Of a stretch of DNA of 44,921 bases, positions 36,301 to 44,610 are shown one piece after another. The translations under genes and the position numbers were made by a program. Under the pieces are notes generated by a model. The model saw only the letters and a list, made by a program, of their open reading frames with translations, made no database searches and was not told where the DNA came from. This DNA comes from Candidatus Helarchaeota archaeon (GTDB lineage: Archaea > Asgardarchaeota > Lokiarchaeia > Helarchaeales > RDOG01). The DNA lies in NCBI GenBank assembly GCA_029838215.1, contig JALGVI010000013.1, positions 1 to 44,921 on the forward strand, written 5' to 3'. The number at the start of each line of letters is the position of its first letter. The first letter of the stretch is position 1.

Positions 36301-38481
36301 TGAATCACTTCCATTCAACCAGACCCAAGATTGTCCCAGTCTCAGGTTACTGATGTTGAGATTTTCAAGATCCAAGTTAGAGAAAGAATATAGATTTAGA
36401 TTTGTAATATTGTATACGTTTTTAACCGAACCTGAAACGTATTCGGTACTGGAACTGGAACCAAAGGTCAGCGAGGTTGAATCGCCAGTACTCGTCATGT
36501 GGACGTTCGTTATGTTAAAATTTGTGTTGTCACGTATGGTCATATACGATATGCCATAGACATCGTGTATTTCCGCCGTAGTGTTCAATCTCAAATATAT
36601 GCTTTCAGTTACATTTGAACGTAAAACTGTGAGGTTAACGTTTCCATAAGAATCAATCATGTCAGTAACAAAAGAATCAGATATAAAAATAGTGACATTT
36701 TGATTGTTAGAATATGTATTGGGTTTGATATTTTTAAATTCAGAATTTTGAATTGTTGCACTTGCATTATGATAAATTCCGATTTCAAGGGACGTGGTGG
36801 AATTATTCATGTTGAATTTAGAGTCGTGATTGCCATACACGTAAATAGAACCTGCTTCGACACCTTCGTCGTTACAGTTTTCAATCGAAAGCCTACTATA
36901 CGAATAGAGAGTTGAACAAATTATTGTAGAATTGACATAAAATAAATTTGCTTCAGTCCCGGTTTCATCATACCAAACACCAGCACAAATATACCCATCT
37001 TTAAGATTAGACAATGTTGAGTTTAGAAAATACAAGGAACTATTTTCCCGAGCATCACAGGTGAAAGATGTTCCATTGAAACCGTCAAAAACCATTTTAC
37101 TATCGCCAAATAGTTCAAGTTGAAAGGAATTGGGCGTGTTTGAATTATTCAAGTATAATGAAGAATTATCATAGAGTCTTAATCTCTTAAAATCTCCGCC
37201 TATTGTGGCGTTGTAAAGAGTGCCTGAACTAAAATTGAATAAATCCATAAAAGAAATTTGACTTTCCTTGATTTCCATGGTCGCATTGTTTTTGGCGCAG
37301 ATGTAATTAATTTTCGAGTTTCTTGAAACGTTAAGAAATGTCATCGGACCATCCAAGTAGATGTTTCCGTCCATTTGAGTGGAATTTGTGATTGTAATCT
37401 TGCGGTTCGCATCAGATAAATAAGATGGTAAATCAAGCCTCGTGAATGTCGTGTTTTCGATTGTAATGGACAAGTTTTTTTCAAGAGCTAGATTCAAGTG
37501 AAGGGTAGAATTTAAAACGGTAATATTTGAATTCATGTCATATATTCCATTCATGTATACATTTACTTGAGAAGCAGTCGAATTTAACTCATCAATGATA
37601 ACTTCGTTGTTTTCGTGAAGATTAATATTTCCTCCATATTTGAAAGTGTCACGTAAAATGGAGAGTGTTGCATTATCATAACTAAATGAACGGAAAGAAA
37701 TGCCAAACGAGTTATTATAGAAAGACATACTTGCATTTCCCCAGTTTTCAAATTTGGAACTTTGAGTTTTCACTTCTCCACACGAATCCAAAACAAAAGA
37801 ACTGTCATTGTAAAAAAAGTTTTCCCATATGTTCACGTTATTTATTTTTGTTTCATATAATGTCACGTTAGCTTCATTGAATGCACAAAATCCAGTCGTA
37901 AATTCATTGAATGTTACATTTTCAAGATACACCACGGCATTATCACGCACAACGGGTTGAGTCATGAAATCATCAAAAGACGTATTAATACAATGAAAGA
38001 ATGCATCACCGGTTATTTCAAAAAGCCCTAAGTGTTCGATGTTGGTACCATTAGTGCAGGTCAGGCTTGAATTATCTGTTACTTGGAGGTAACCTGATGC
38101 ACCACTTGTTTTTATGGTTGAATCGTTAAAAGTACAAACTCCTCCTTGTTGAACCAAAACATTATCTGCAGAGCAATTAATGAGCCAAGCCATTGCCGTA
38201 TTTTCTACAATAATAAAAACATCACTCAAGGAATTTGATACGGTGCAGTTCCTGAAATAATATTTGCCTGAACTACAGGTTATATTAGTTGTCCAAATTT
38301 TGTCAACGTATGTATCCGCGGAAAGGGCTATCTGAACAGCACTATTATTCGGTGCCTCGGGAGACACGTCCTTTGGGATGAAATTAATAAAAATAAATCC
38401 AGAAAATTGAATAAAGATTGGAAATATCATGAAAAACATCAAAAATAAAATTAGAGTATATCGAAGTTTTGCCTTCATCAT
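33340..38481 (-). CDS. Giant surface/membrane protein (1713 aa) with a parallel beta-helix ectodomain, FnIII/Ig domains, ~7 C-terminal TM helices and a double zinc ribbon
   Basis: N-terminal signal segment, ~950 aa of N/S/T/I-rich beta-helix-like repeats, LNWTV...YTIYR (FnIII-like), seven hydrophobic segments, and C-terminal CPSC..YCVNC and CPHC..YCKDCG. Confidence 0.7.
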   Translation of the reverse strand: MMKAKLRYTLILFLMFFMIFPIFIQFSGFIFINFIPKDVSPEAPNNSAVQIALSADTYVDKIWTTNITCSSGKYYFRNCTVSNSLSDVFIIVENTAMAWLINCSADNVLVQQGGVCTFNDSTIKTSGASGYLQVTDNSSLTCTNGTNIEHLGLFEITGDAFFHCINTSFDDFMTQPVVRDNAVVYLENVTFNEFTTGFCAFNEANVTLYETKINNVNIWENFFYNDSSFVLDSCGEVKTQSSKFENWGNASMSFYNNSFGISFRSFSYDNATLSILRDTFKYGGNINLHENNEVIIDELNSTASQVNVYMNGIYDMNSNITVLNSTLHLNLALEKNLSITIENTTFTRLDLPSYLSDANRKITITNSTQMDGNIYLDGPMTFLNVSRNSKINYICAKNNATMEIKESQISFMDLFNFSSGTLYNATIGGDFKRLRLYDNSSLYLNNSNTPNSFQLELFGDSKMVFDGFNGTSFTCDARENSSLYFLNSTLSNLKDGYICAGVWYDETGTEANLFYVNSTIICSTLYSYSRLSIENCNDEGVEAGSIYVYGNHDSKFNMNNSTTSLEIGIYHNASATIQNSEFKNIKPNTYSNNQNVTIFISDSFVTDMIDSYGNVNLTVLRSNVTESIYLRLNTTAEIHDVYGISYMTIRDNTNFNITNVHMTSTGDSTSLTFGSSSSTEYVSGSVKNVYNITNLNLYSFSNLDLENLNISNLRLGQSWVWLNGSDSLFYTNDTNLGLSSIKMQELSWSELEIERGASFWLHDYFSNNITLRIADDDTTVIVQNCTFPTIDFSNGNNIFVLENSTITSGFTINIGSSVNFTAINSTFYGQEMFLANYLVPNEIQDTIIKGFLWILSGDVRLYNCSIANGGYIWANNEFLTLPPMTVNLQITDSTCEDLRVNSEANVSSENSYFKASSIFDNSTVSFLLCNLTALQASDTAHLTLNWCRVESHDFTTSNLNIENSNILDSAPILEGLPSLITNPSDFLLNWTVNPGLNFSGSISNYTIYRAVTNKTEISPTDSSFQVVGYYEFPNPLLDSNTTFYDPDFSLVPSPLNEKKIWYKVEIADQGNNRANSTLVSTIFQSLKNISAIVVYDRDLTTYDDIPIRIVLTSNDINDDDMPDIDTIILNYSLEFLNGSTFNHVIIPNEEIQDIEYSYTINATNCYKIRFFVFINATDDFQGLNESYDYDSRIFYGDVFLISKPNIQFSDVDRPVGPKFLELDNFTISLLVLDSENYVKNVTLFYKIKTPLIQDPVWIEANFSFDSTNSMFSYTIDQSLLLGAEELEFYIIYFDTADNQYTILGEGDLQPYDIYPAFPTISLTVEQIIVIILGSCIVGAVIGSVYLYFKKRANDETRQEINLMHEKISKFVKATKKKSGKNKSLKDKNLELATQSLLPPNVSHFNFLYGTCFISMIGCTVAASILAWIFHSYEIATIVMIIAMFLALSVHVTWLYRDSKFSIRREHVNLLRMALNMIHPVIFLAITIYTLYIGGQISWIYYYIVQESGTSVPIVIPNIAVIPSIYIKIISLVFSSLIVFTFSVYWDIRKSIHNTSVYKKQNANISVILFTKEELLRRTYSRINMKIIFFLVLLGISLLPLSADGFLLVLPTALAFIGPAFLVFLGFFIVGFFQKSDMDTSGIILEPVKKCPSCNYVNVQSAQYCVNCRTNISPEQHFFDQTTKCPHCLSENPIESKYCKDCGSPLKEPVNPKK

Positions 38482-38702
38482 TCATCACTTCATAAAATTG
38501 ATATATCTTTTTCAATCCTTGCAAAATCAGAAGGAAAAATATATTTGTATTTTTTCAAAAAGAAAAATAAGTATTTAAAATTTTGCAGCTGTAGAACTTT
38601 AGATGGAATTGTAATTGCGATTTCTGATAAAAACTGCGCAATAGATCAATTCTTTGGAGCAAATTCTCCATTAATTAGTCATCATGTATTGATATTTGAC
38701 AC

Positions 38703-39272
38703 TCATTCTTGAAAAAAACGGAGCATTTCGATTCGAGACATTATCGTTCCTATTTGAATTAATTTTTTTGAAATGTCATGCAAGGCAGGGAGAATTTCAT
38801 CTGCGGATTTTATCTCTTTAAAGACCAGAATTATTTCGCCATCACTAATATCGATCATTTCCTTGATTTCTCGTTGAACGCTTCTATACTTTTCATTCAT
38901 CAACTCCTGCGTCATTCTTGCGATTCTTTTTATCAGTTCGGAGTTCTTTCTCTTGCATTCAGAAACAAACTTCATGCCTTTGTCTTCACTTAAGTTGGGT
39001 TCATAAAAAATCGCCATGGTTCCCCTCAATGCAAGAGTCAAAGAAATATTGTCTTCAATTTGGTCTTCATTTATGTTCCAGATTGCGATGTTGATTTTTT
39101 TTCCGTCAATAATGCTTTGATAACGCGTGAATTCGACTTTAACTATTTCGATTGAACAAAAATCCAGCATTTTGAAGTATAAATCATCCGAATAAAGCTC
39201 TCGTAATTCATGACAATATTTCTTGGACAAATATAAAATCTTGTAATGAAATTCATCCAATTTTATCACCAA
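38703..39272 (-). CDS. Degenerate small-GTPase-like (Rab-like) protein lacking G1 and G3 motifs
   Basis: FHYKILYL and EFTRYQSIIDGKKINIAIWN...LRGTMAIFY parallel the Rab strand 1-4 pattern, but there is no GxxxxGK and no DxxG. Confidence 0.5.
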   Translation of the reverse strand: MVIKLDEFHYKILYLSKKYCHELRELYSDDLYFKMLDFCSIEIVKVEFTRYQSIIDGKKINIAIWNINEDQIEDNISLTLALRGTMAIFYEPNLSEDKGMKFVSECKRKNSELIKRIARMTQELMNEKYRSVQREIKEMIDISDGEIILVFKEIKSADEILPALHDISKKLIQIGTIMSRIEMLRFFQE

Positions 39273-39347
39273 GACAATTGGATCGTGGATGTATGACTTA
39301 AAGATTTCTAATTCGTCATGAAACAGATTAAAAAAATCGAAGAGAAA

Positions 39348-40940
39348 TCAAATGGCAGCTCTGATTTTCTCTCTAAGAAACTTTAAGGCTTCCACGAATT
39401 CGATTTTACTGAACGATAAGAGCGTTGGAACTTTATCATACATCACGTTTTCCTTGATGACTCGATGGACGCCTTGGAAGTACATTATCAGTATTTGGTT
39501 CATGATCTTGTGAGTTGAATCGTTTCCAAATACGAGTCCGTCAATGTGTTTCACTTGGCGCATCATTTGTTCGAGGCTGATGAGATAAATTTCACGCATT
39601 TTATTTGGCATGACAAACCAATCATTTCGATAGGATTTTTTCTTGCCTTTAAGTTGTCCTAATGACATGAAAAACAGCGGGAAAAACATCCCCCGCATTC
39701 TGGCGACTTTACGCATTAATCGAACCGTTTCTTTGAGATCTTCTTCGGTATCTTCCATGCCTACGATAACGGTGCCAGCAGGATAGATGTAATTATCACA
39801 AAGGAGTTTCCATCCCTCTAAAACGACTTCGTGCCAGTCATCGGGTTCGAACGGAGCGGCTTTTAATGGCATCAGATCAATAATTTTTCGCACGGATCCT
39901 GTTTCGATTCCGACTTGTAATGACGTGAATGTATCCGGTCCGAGTCCTATTTCATCTCGTAGTGCTTCGATTTGTTCGGGATTTGCAAGAGCACTGGCAA
40001 GACACGCGTGGGAAAGTCCGACTCTATCAATTTCCTTGAGTTTTTTGATCTCCTGAATTAATTTAACTAAACCCCCACGAGGAACCCAGTCTCCGATTTT
40101 ATTTCCATATCGCAAGCAATCTTCACTTAAAAGACGAACATAATTCTCATTTGCCCAAGCCACCCGTTTTGCTTCCATTTTGATGCGATCTGGGGAGAAC
40201 CAGTGGAATTTTCGGATTGTTGGGTCGCAGAATTTGCACCGTCGATCGCATCCTCGCGAGATTTCAATGATTCCATAATTAGTCGGTTTTTGGATGGGCG
40301 TGACATCTCTTTCGATGTCTTGCAAGAGTTCAATCTTCATGATTTTCGGAAGTTTTTTGCCTTCAAGGACTTTTTTAAATATGTCCACGGCAACAAGGTC
40401 GGCATCTCCAATCACGACAGTATCGATCCCCAATTCATCTTGTTTTTCGGGACGTAACTCAAATTGGCAGGCTCCAGAACCACCTACAATAATGGGTTTT
40501 TCATACTTCCTTAAAGTTCGAATGACTTGCTCGAATTTCATGTAGGTATACGGTTTATTCTGATCAAATTTGGTCTTGACATTGTTTAAAAGTCCTCGAA
40601 ATGTTGCACTAACGGGGCCGAGACCCAAAGGATCCATTGTTGAAACGCCAAAAACTTCAACTTCCTCAACAAGTTTGTCCAATCTTTGAGGAGAAATAAC
40701 CTTGCAATCGATTCCGCCATTAACCAATGTTGCTTCTAACCGTCTCAAACCAAGTGGAGCTCGAATGACTTCACCATTTCCATTTGAAGTCTCGATATTG
40801 GCGAACAGGAGTTTTTCCATCGGATACCGTAAGAGTGTTGGTATCTGAATTCTTGGAATGGATGGTATAAAACCCGTAATGAAGAAACCGGCTTTCGGAT
40901 TTAAGAAATTCGTTTCATCGGCAGTCAAACATACTTGCAA
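39348..40940 (-). CDS. B12-binding radical SAM enzyme, Grs/Gms-like archaeal lipid-modifying family
   Basis: CDRRCKFC (40227-40250) with family motifs LTAD, APLGLRRLEA, DPLGLGP, IIVGGSGA, GIETGS and KAAPFEPDDW. Confidence 0.85.
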   Translation of the reverse strand: MQVCLTADETNFLNPKAGFFITGFIPSIPRIQIPTLLRYPMEKLLFANIETSNGNGEVIRAPLGLRRLEATLVNGGIDCKVISPQRLDKLVEEVEVFGVSTMDPLGLGPVSATFRGLLNNVKTKFDQNKPYTYMKFEQVIRTLRKYEKPIIVGGSGACQFELRPEKQDELGIDTVVIGDADLVAVDIFKKVLEGKKLPKIMKIELLQDIERDVTPIQKPTNYGIIEISRGCDRRCKFCDPTIRKFHWFSPDRIKMEAKRVAWANENYVRLLSEDCLRYGNKIGDWVPRGGLVKLIQEIKKLKEIDRVGLSHACLASALANPEQIEALRDEIGLGPDTFTSLQVGIETGSVRKIIDLMPLKAAPFEPDDWHEVVLEGWKLLCDNYIYPAGTVIVGMEDTEEDLKETVRLMRKVARMRGMFFPLFFMSLGQLKGKKKSYRNDWFVMPNKMREIYLISLEQMMRQVKHIDGLVFGNDSTHKIMNQILIMYFQGVHRVIKENVMYDKVPTLLSFSKIEFVEALKFLREKIRAAI

Positions 40941-41294
40941 TAACCTTCTCTCCTATTTTCACTCTATTTGTTAAAATGAACAAATTCCTTGATTTAATTC
41001 GTTTCCGTAATTCTTGTTATTTTATAGAAGTGAAATAATTCAAGGCGTACTAAAATTTTTGTCGAAATCATATTAAAATCATTGGATTGTGTAATTTATT
41101 AAAAATACATGAATTTTTTATTAAACGAGGTGAAAAAAGTCTGGACCAACACGATAAAACCAAAAAAAAGAAACGCTAAAGGAACATGAGGGTAAAATTA
41201 ATGAAATCTAGCCATTTTTATTAAATAAATGAAAGTGCACAGGGTTTTTATAGAAAATTAATTAGAAAATTAAAAAAATGGAAAAAAAAGGAAT

Positions 41295-41756
41295 TTATTT
41301 TAACATTAGAATAGTAGCATAGCCGGTCGTGGCGACCTTGCCAGTATTATCGGGGATTCGGACAGCTTTGTCGATGATGACTTCAGTTTTTATCTTGAGA
41401 AATTTCAATTTGCCGTCTTTTTTCGTGAACTTTTCTTCAACGGTTGCCACGGCACTCACGGTATCGCCGATGCATATTGGAGCACGAAATGAGACTTCCT
41501 GTCCTCCATATATACAGCCTGGTCCTGGAAGCTTGGTTCCTAAAACAGCAGATATGAAGGTACAGCTAAGAACACCATGAGCAATGCGCCCTCCAAATTG
41601 CGTTTTTGATGCGTAATCCTCATCTACATGCATCGGGTTGAAATCACCACTGATTCCTGCCATCATCACCAAATCGGTTTCTGTTACGGTTTTAGTGAAA
41701 GAAGCACTTTCACCAACTTCAATAGAATCCCACGTGCGTTCGACATAATTACCCAT
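41295..41756 (-). CDS. MaoC-family (R)-specific enoyl-CoA hydratase (hot-dog fold)
   Basis: SGDFNPMHVD..YA..T.FGGRIAHG, PGPG.IY..Q...F.API.IGD. Confidence 0.93.
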   Translation of the reverse strand: MGNYVERTWDSIEVGESASFTKTVTETDLVMMAGISGDFNPMHVDEDYASKTQFGGRIAHGVLSCTFISAVLGTKLPGPGCIYGGQEVSFRAPICIGDTVSAVATVEEKFTKKDGKLKFLKIKTEVIIDKAVRIPDNTGKVATTGYATILMLK

Positions 41757-41935
41757 AATTCATCACATTCTCTTATTTTAATTAGAACTCTTCCATGAAA
41801 GAAGAGAATGAAGTATTAAACTAATGCATTTTCAGGTTTTTAAAAAATACGGATTGTCTTTGACTAATAAAAGTCCCGAAAGCTAGGTCGTTCGTGTTAT
41901 GTAGAAAAATGATAGTTCACGGGCAACTTCAATTT

Positions 41936-42015
41936 CATGCTTGAACCATTCACTATTAAATCAGGAATTAGATATCATGCTCGAATATACTGCAAGCATC
42001 GTTTGCATGCTCGAA
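41936..42015. repeat. Three direct repeats CATGCTYGAA
   Basis: Copies at 41936-41945, 41976-41985 and 42006-42015 (spacings 40 and 30 bp). Confidence 0.6.
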
Positions 42016-42035
42016 ACGCTTTAGAAACCTCTTTT

Positions 42036-42449
42036 TTATGATGAATTTATCGTTCCGATAAGTCCTTTAAAGTGACTATCAAAAGTTGCTAAAAGCGAAC
42101 ACTTAAGTCGCTCGCACTGAGTCAAAATGCTACAATCGGTGAAAGATAAAAATCGTGGAGAATGTCTTTGGAAGAGTTCCCAAGACCTTTGGAAATCGCT
42201 TTCAGTGATTACAGAAACGTGTATTCTGGGACTTTCTAGTACATATCGACCGATTTTAATAGCTAAATCAGGTCTTCTTAATCGTACAAGTACCAAAGTT
42301 ACGAGCTCATCAAATACAAAATTCGACGTGTGAATAATACCAAATTCATTTTTCAAAAATCGCTTCATCCAATCTAATGAGATCTCGTGATTTTTATCGG
42401 ATCGGTTCTTTAAAGCCAAAATAAATCCAGTATCAAGAAATACTGCCAT
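42036..42449 (-). CDS. vapC: VapC/PIN toxin
   Basis: VFLDTGFILA, TSNFVFDELVT, SFTDCS and LATFDSHF, giving an intact PIN acidic active-site set. Confidence 0.93.
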   Translation of the reverse strand: MAVFLDTGFILALKNRSDKNHEISLDWMKRFLKNEFGIIHTSNFVFDELVTLVLVRLRRPDLAIKIGRYVLESPRIHVSVITESDFQRSWELFQRHSPRFLSFTDCSILTQCERLKCSLLATFDSHFKGLIGTINSS

Positions 42450-42728
42450 TTATGTGGCTCCTTTATCCTCATACAAATATTTATCAACATTTTCAGACAA
42501 GTCAGGGATACCAAAATCAAAACTTTCTTCCAGACATAACCAAGCTATATCTTTTTCCAATGGAACGGTTTCTTCATCCAGGATTATGCCTTCCGATGCG
42601 GCTGCATCTTCAATGATCTTGCCAATCAAGTCTTTTTTTGAAATTTTTTTACCGCGTAATAGAAGGACCGCAATCAATCGATCCAATAATTCAACATGTT
42701 TTTTACTAACTCTAATACTGCTCATCAT
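42450..42728 (-). CDS. Cognate antitoxin (ribbon-helix-helix-like VapB)
   Basis: MMSSIRVSK...LLDRL...ISKKDLIGKII N-terminus and an acidic C-terminus DLSENVDKYLY. Its stop codon directly abuts the vapC ATG. Start 42728 is preferred over 42767. Confidence 0.75.
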   Translation of the reverse strand: MMSSIRVSKKHVELLDRLIAVLLLRGKKISKKDLIGKIIEDAAASEGIILDEETVPLEKDIAWLCLEESFDFGIPDLSENVDKYLYEDKGAT

Positions 42729-42753
42729 CGACACTTCGATTAGATAAAATATT

Positions 42754-42789
42754 TGGCATGCAAGCATTCAATTCAACATTGCATGCAAA
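42754..42789. promoter_or_regulatory. Paired GCATGC-centred palindromes, probable TA operator
   Basis: TGGCATGCAAG (42754-42764) and the perfect palindrome TTGCATGCAA (42779-42788), upstream of the antitoxin start. Confidence 0.45.
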
Positions 42790-42979
42790 GATCCATCATT
42801 AAAGTCCAATGAAATTAAATTCAAAAAAGTCTTTCGGAAATAAACAAGAATGATTTAAAACCGGTAATCATGAATTTGTTTATCAACCGAGAACGACATA
42901 TTTGATCAAAGTAATTAACTATTTGAAGTAGAAAATAATTCATTCCAAGTTAATAAATAGTTCAAGTCAGGGGACAAGG

Positions 42980-44491
42980 ATGCCCGAGTCTAAGGTCGAT
43001 TCCAGAAATAAATTGAATGCGTTATCGGGAAAGGAATGGATTATTAGCACGAGAAGCGTTTGGTTGGCTTCAGATTATGATTTGGACCAGACAATCCCAC
43101 CAATGGAGCGTTTTTTAAAGAAAAGCGTGTTGTTTTTTTCCAAACCGAATCAGAATGTTTATTGTCCCCACGAATGGAAGGATCTCAAAAAGACATGTGA
43201 AGAGCTCAATCGAAATTATTACGAGACAGGGGAATTTGAAGAAATTAACCTGATGATGATGGCGCCCGGCATTTCACGTGAGATGCATCCTAAAAATCTT
43301 GTTTTTTTTAGAAATTTTTCCCATGACTTTGCAAGATATCGAGATATTCTCAAGAATAGAGGGTATTTTTTAATCCACGTGAAGAATTTTCATGATTCCG
43401 AAACAAATTGCTTCTTCCCTCACCATCTTTATATCACGCAACGCGTGATAGAAGGGGGATTCACGTTAAAGGGGCAAATAATTTGGGTTCCCGACAAAGA
43501 CTCATCTCTACAAATCATTAATGAACACGTGTTAGTATTCCGTAAAGAAGAAAAAAAAGAAAGAAATCCGTATTTGCATTTAAATTTAGAACCTGCGATA
43601 AGAAATGCAAGAGAAAAGGCATTTTCAGCCATATCCAGTTATGTGGTGAGTAAGGCTCCACCTCGTGATAGTTATAAAGCACAGCACCCTGCAACGTTCT
43701 CCGAAGATGACGTTCTATATTTGTTAAGAGCGCTTTTAAAAACACCTGAAAAGAGCAATGTCTTGGATCCATTTTGTGGCGTTGGAAGCACGTTATTGGC
43801 TTGTTCCCGTTTCGGCTCGACAGGGTGGGGAATTGAATTAACGCCAAAATGGGTGGATTTGACGCGAAAGCGTCTTGAAAAATTTCAAGTGGCACATGAA
43901 CCGTTCACGGGTTTATCAGAATTGAATCTTGAAGAATTAATGACACGAAAGAAAAAATCAAATACACAGGTTCTCATCCAAGGAGACGCGGGTGACATTC
44001 TTCCCATGCTTTCAAATGATTTTTTTGACTTGCTCGTAACCAGTCCGCCTTATTGGAAGATCTTGAACAAAAAAATAGACCATAAAACGAGAAAAGAACG
44101 AGTCCAGAAGGGTCTAGAAACGAGATACACGCATCAAGATACAGATGAGACATTTGAAAAAGACTTGGCAAACCTACCTCGTTATCTTGATCCCGAAGAT
44201 ATTACGAATCCCGACACGTTCTTAGGAAGAATGCACGGAATTTTTAAGAATTGTCATGCGAAATTGAAGAAGGGAGCACGTGCATGCGTGATAGTGTCGG
44301 ATTTCAGGGATGGCAGCAATTTTTACTTCTACCACGGAGATATAGCCTTGATCTTACAGGATGTCGGGTTCGATTTCCTAGGACTTACGATTTTGCATCA
44401 AAACAATAAAAATTTATATCCTTATGGGTATCCATATGCTTTCGTTTCGAACATCCATCACCAAAACATTTTAATCATGGAAAAATCTTAG
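42980..44491 (+). CDS. Orphan N4-C/N6-A DNA methyltransferase with a degenerate duplicated N-terminal domain
   Basis: The C-terminal half has HPATF, VLDPFCGVGST (motif I) and LVTSPPYW (motif IV, 44042-44053). The N-terminal half repeats the layout without these motifs. Confidence 0.88.
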   Translation: MPESKVDSRNKLNALSGKEWIISTRSVWLASDYDLDQTIPPMERFLKKSVLFFSKPNQNVYCPHEWKDLKKTCEELNRNYYETGEFEEINLMMMAPGISREMHPKNLVFFRNFSHDFARYRDILKNRGYFLIHVKNFHDSETNCFFPHHLYITQRVIEGGFTLKGQIIWVPDKDSSLQIINEHVLVFRKEEKKERNPYLHLNLEPAIRNAREKAFSAISSYVVSKAPPRDSYKAQHPATFSEDDVLYLLRALLKTPEKSNVLDPFCGVGSTLLACSRFGSTGWGIELTPKWVDLTRKRLEKFQVAHEPFTGLSELNLEELMTRKKKSNTQVLIQGDAGDILPMLSNDFFDLLVTSPPYWKILNKKIDHKTRKERVQKGLETRYTHQDTDETFEKDLANLPRYLDPEDITNPDTFLGRMHGIFKNCHAKLKKGARACVIVSDFRDGSNFYFYHGDIALILQDVGFDFLGLTILHQNNKNLYPYGYPYAFVSNIHHQNILIMEKS

Positions 44492-44610
44492 AAAAAGACC
44501 AAGATTCATGTAAGAAATCGAAGCAAAAACATAAGTAACATGCAAAGAAATTAGTCGTGAATTCAATTCTTATAAAAATCCCGTGATTAATTAAATCTCA
44601 AGAGGGGATC

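Noticed and set aside
41936-42015. CRISPR array or transposon-end interpretation of the short repeats
   Set aside because: The repeats are only 10 bp with unequal spacing, and no cas gene, transposase or target-site duplication is evident.
656-44171. Numerous short alternative-frame or antisense ORFs (60-144 aa) in the track that are nested inside long genes
   Set aside because: All overlap well-supported CDSs and show no recognisable motifs.
42980-44610. Restriction-modification system
   Set aside because: There is no adjacent endonuclease ORF. The neighbours are a TA module and a PfkB kinase.
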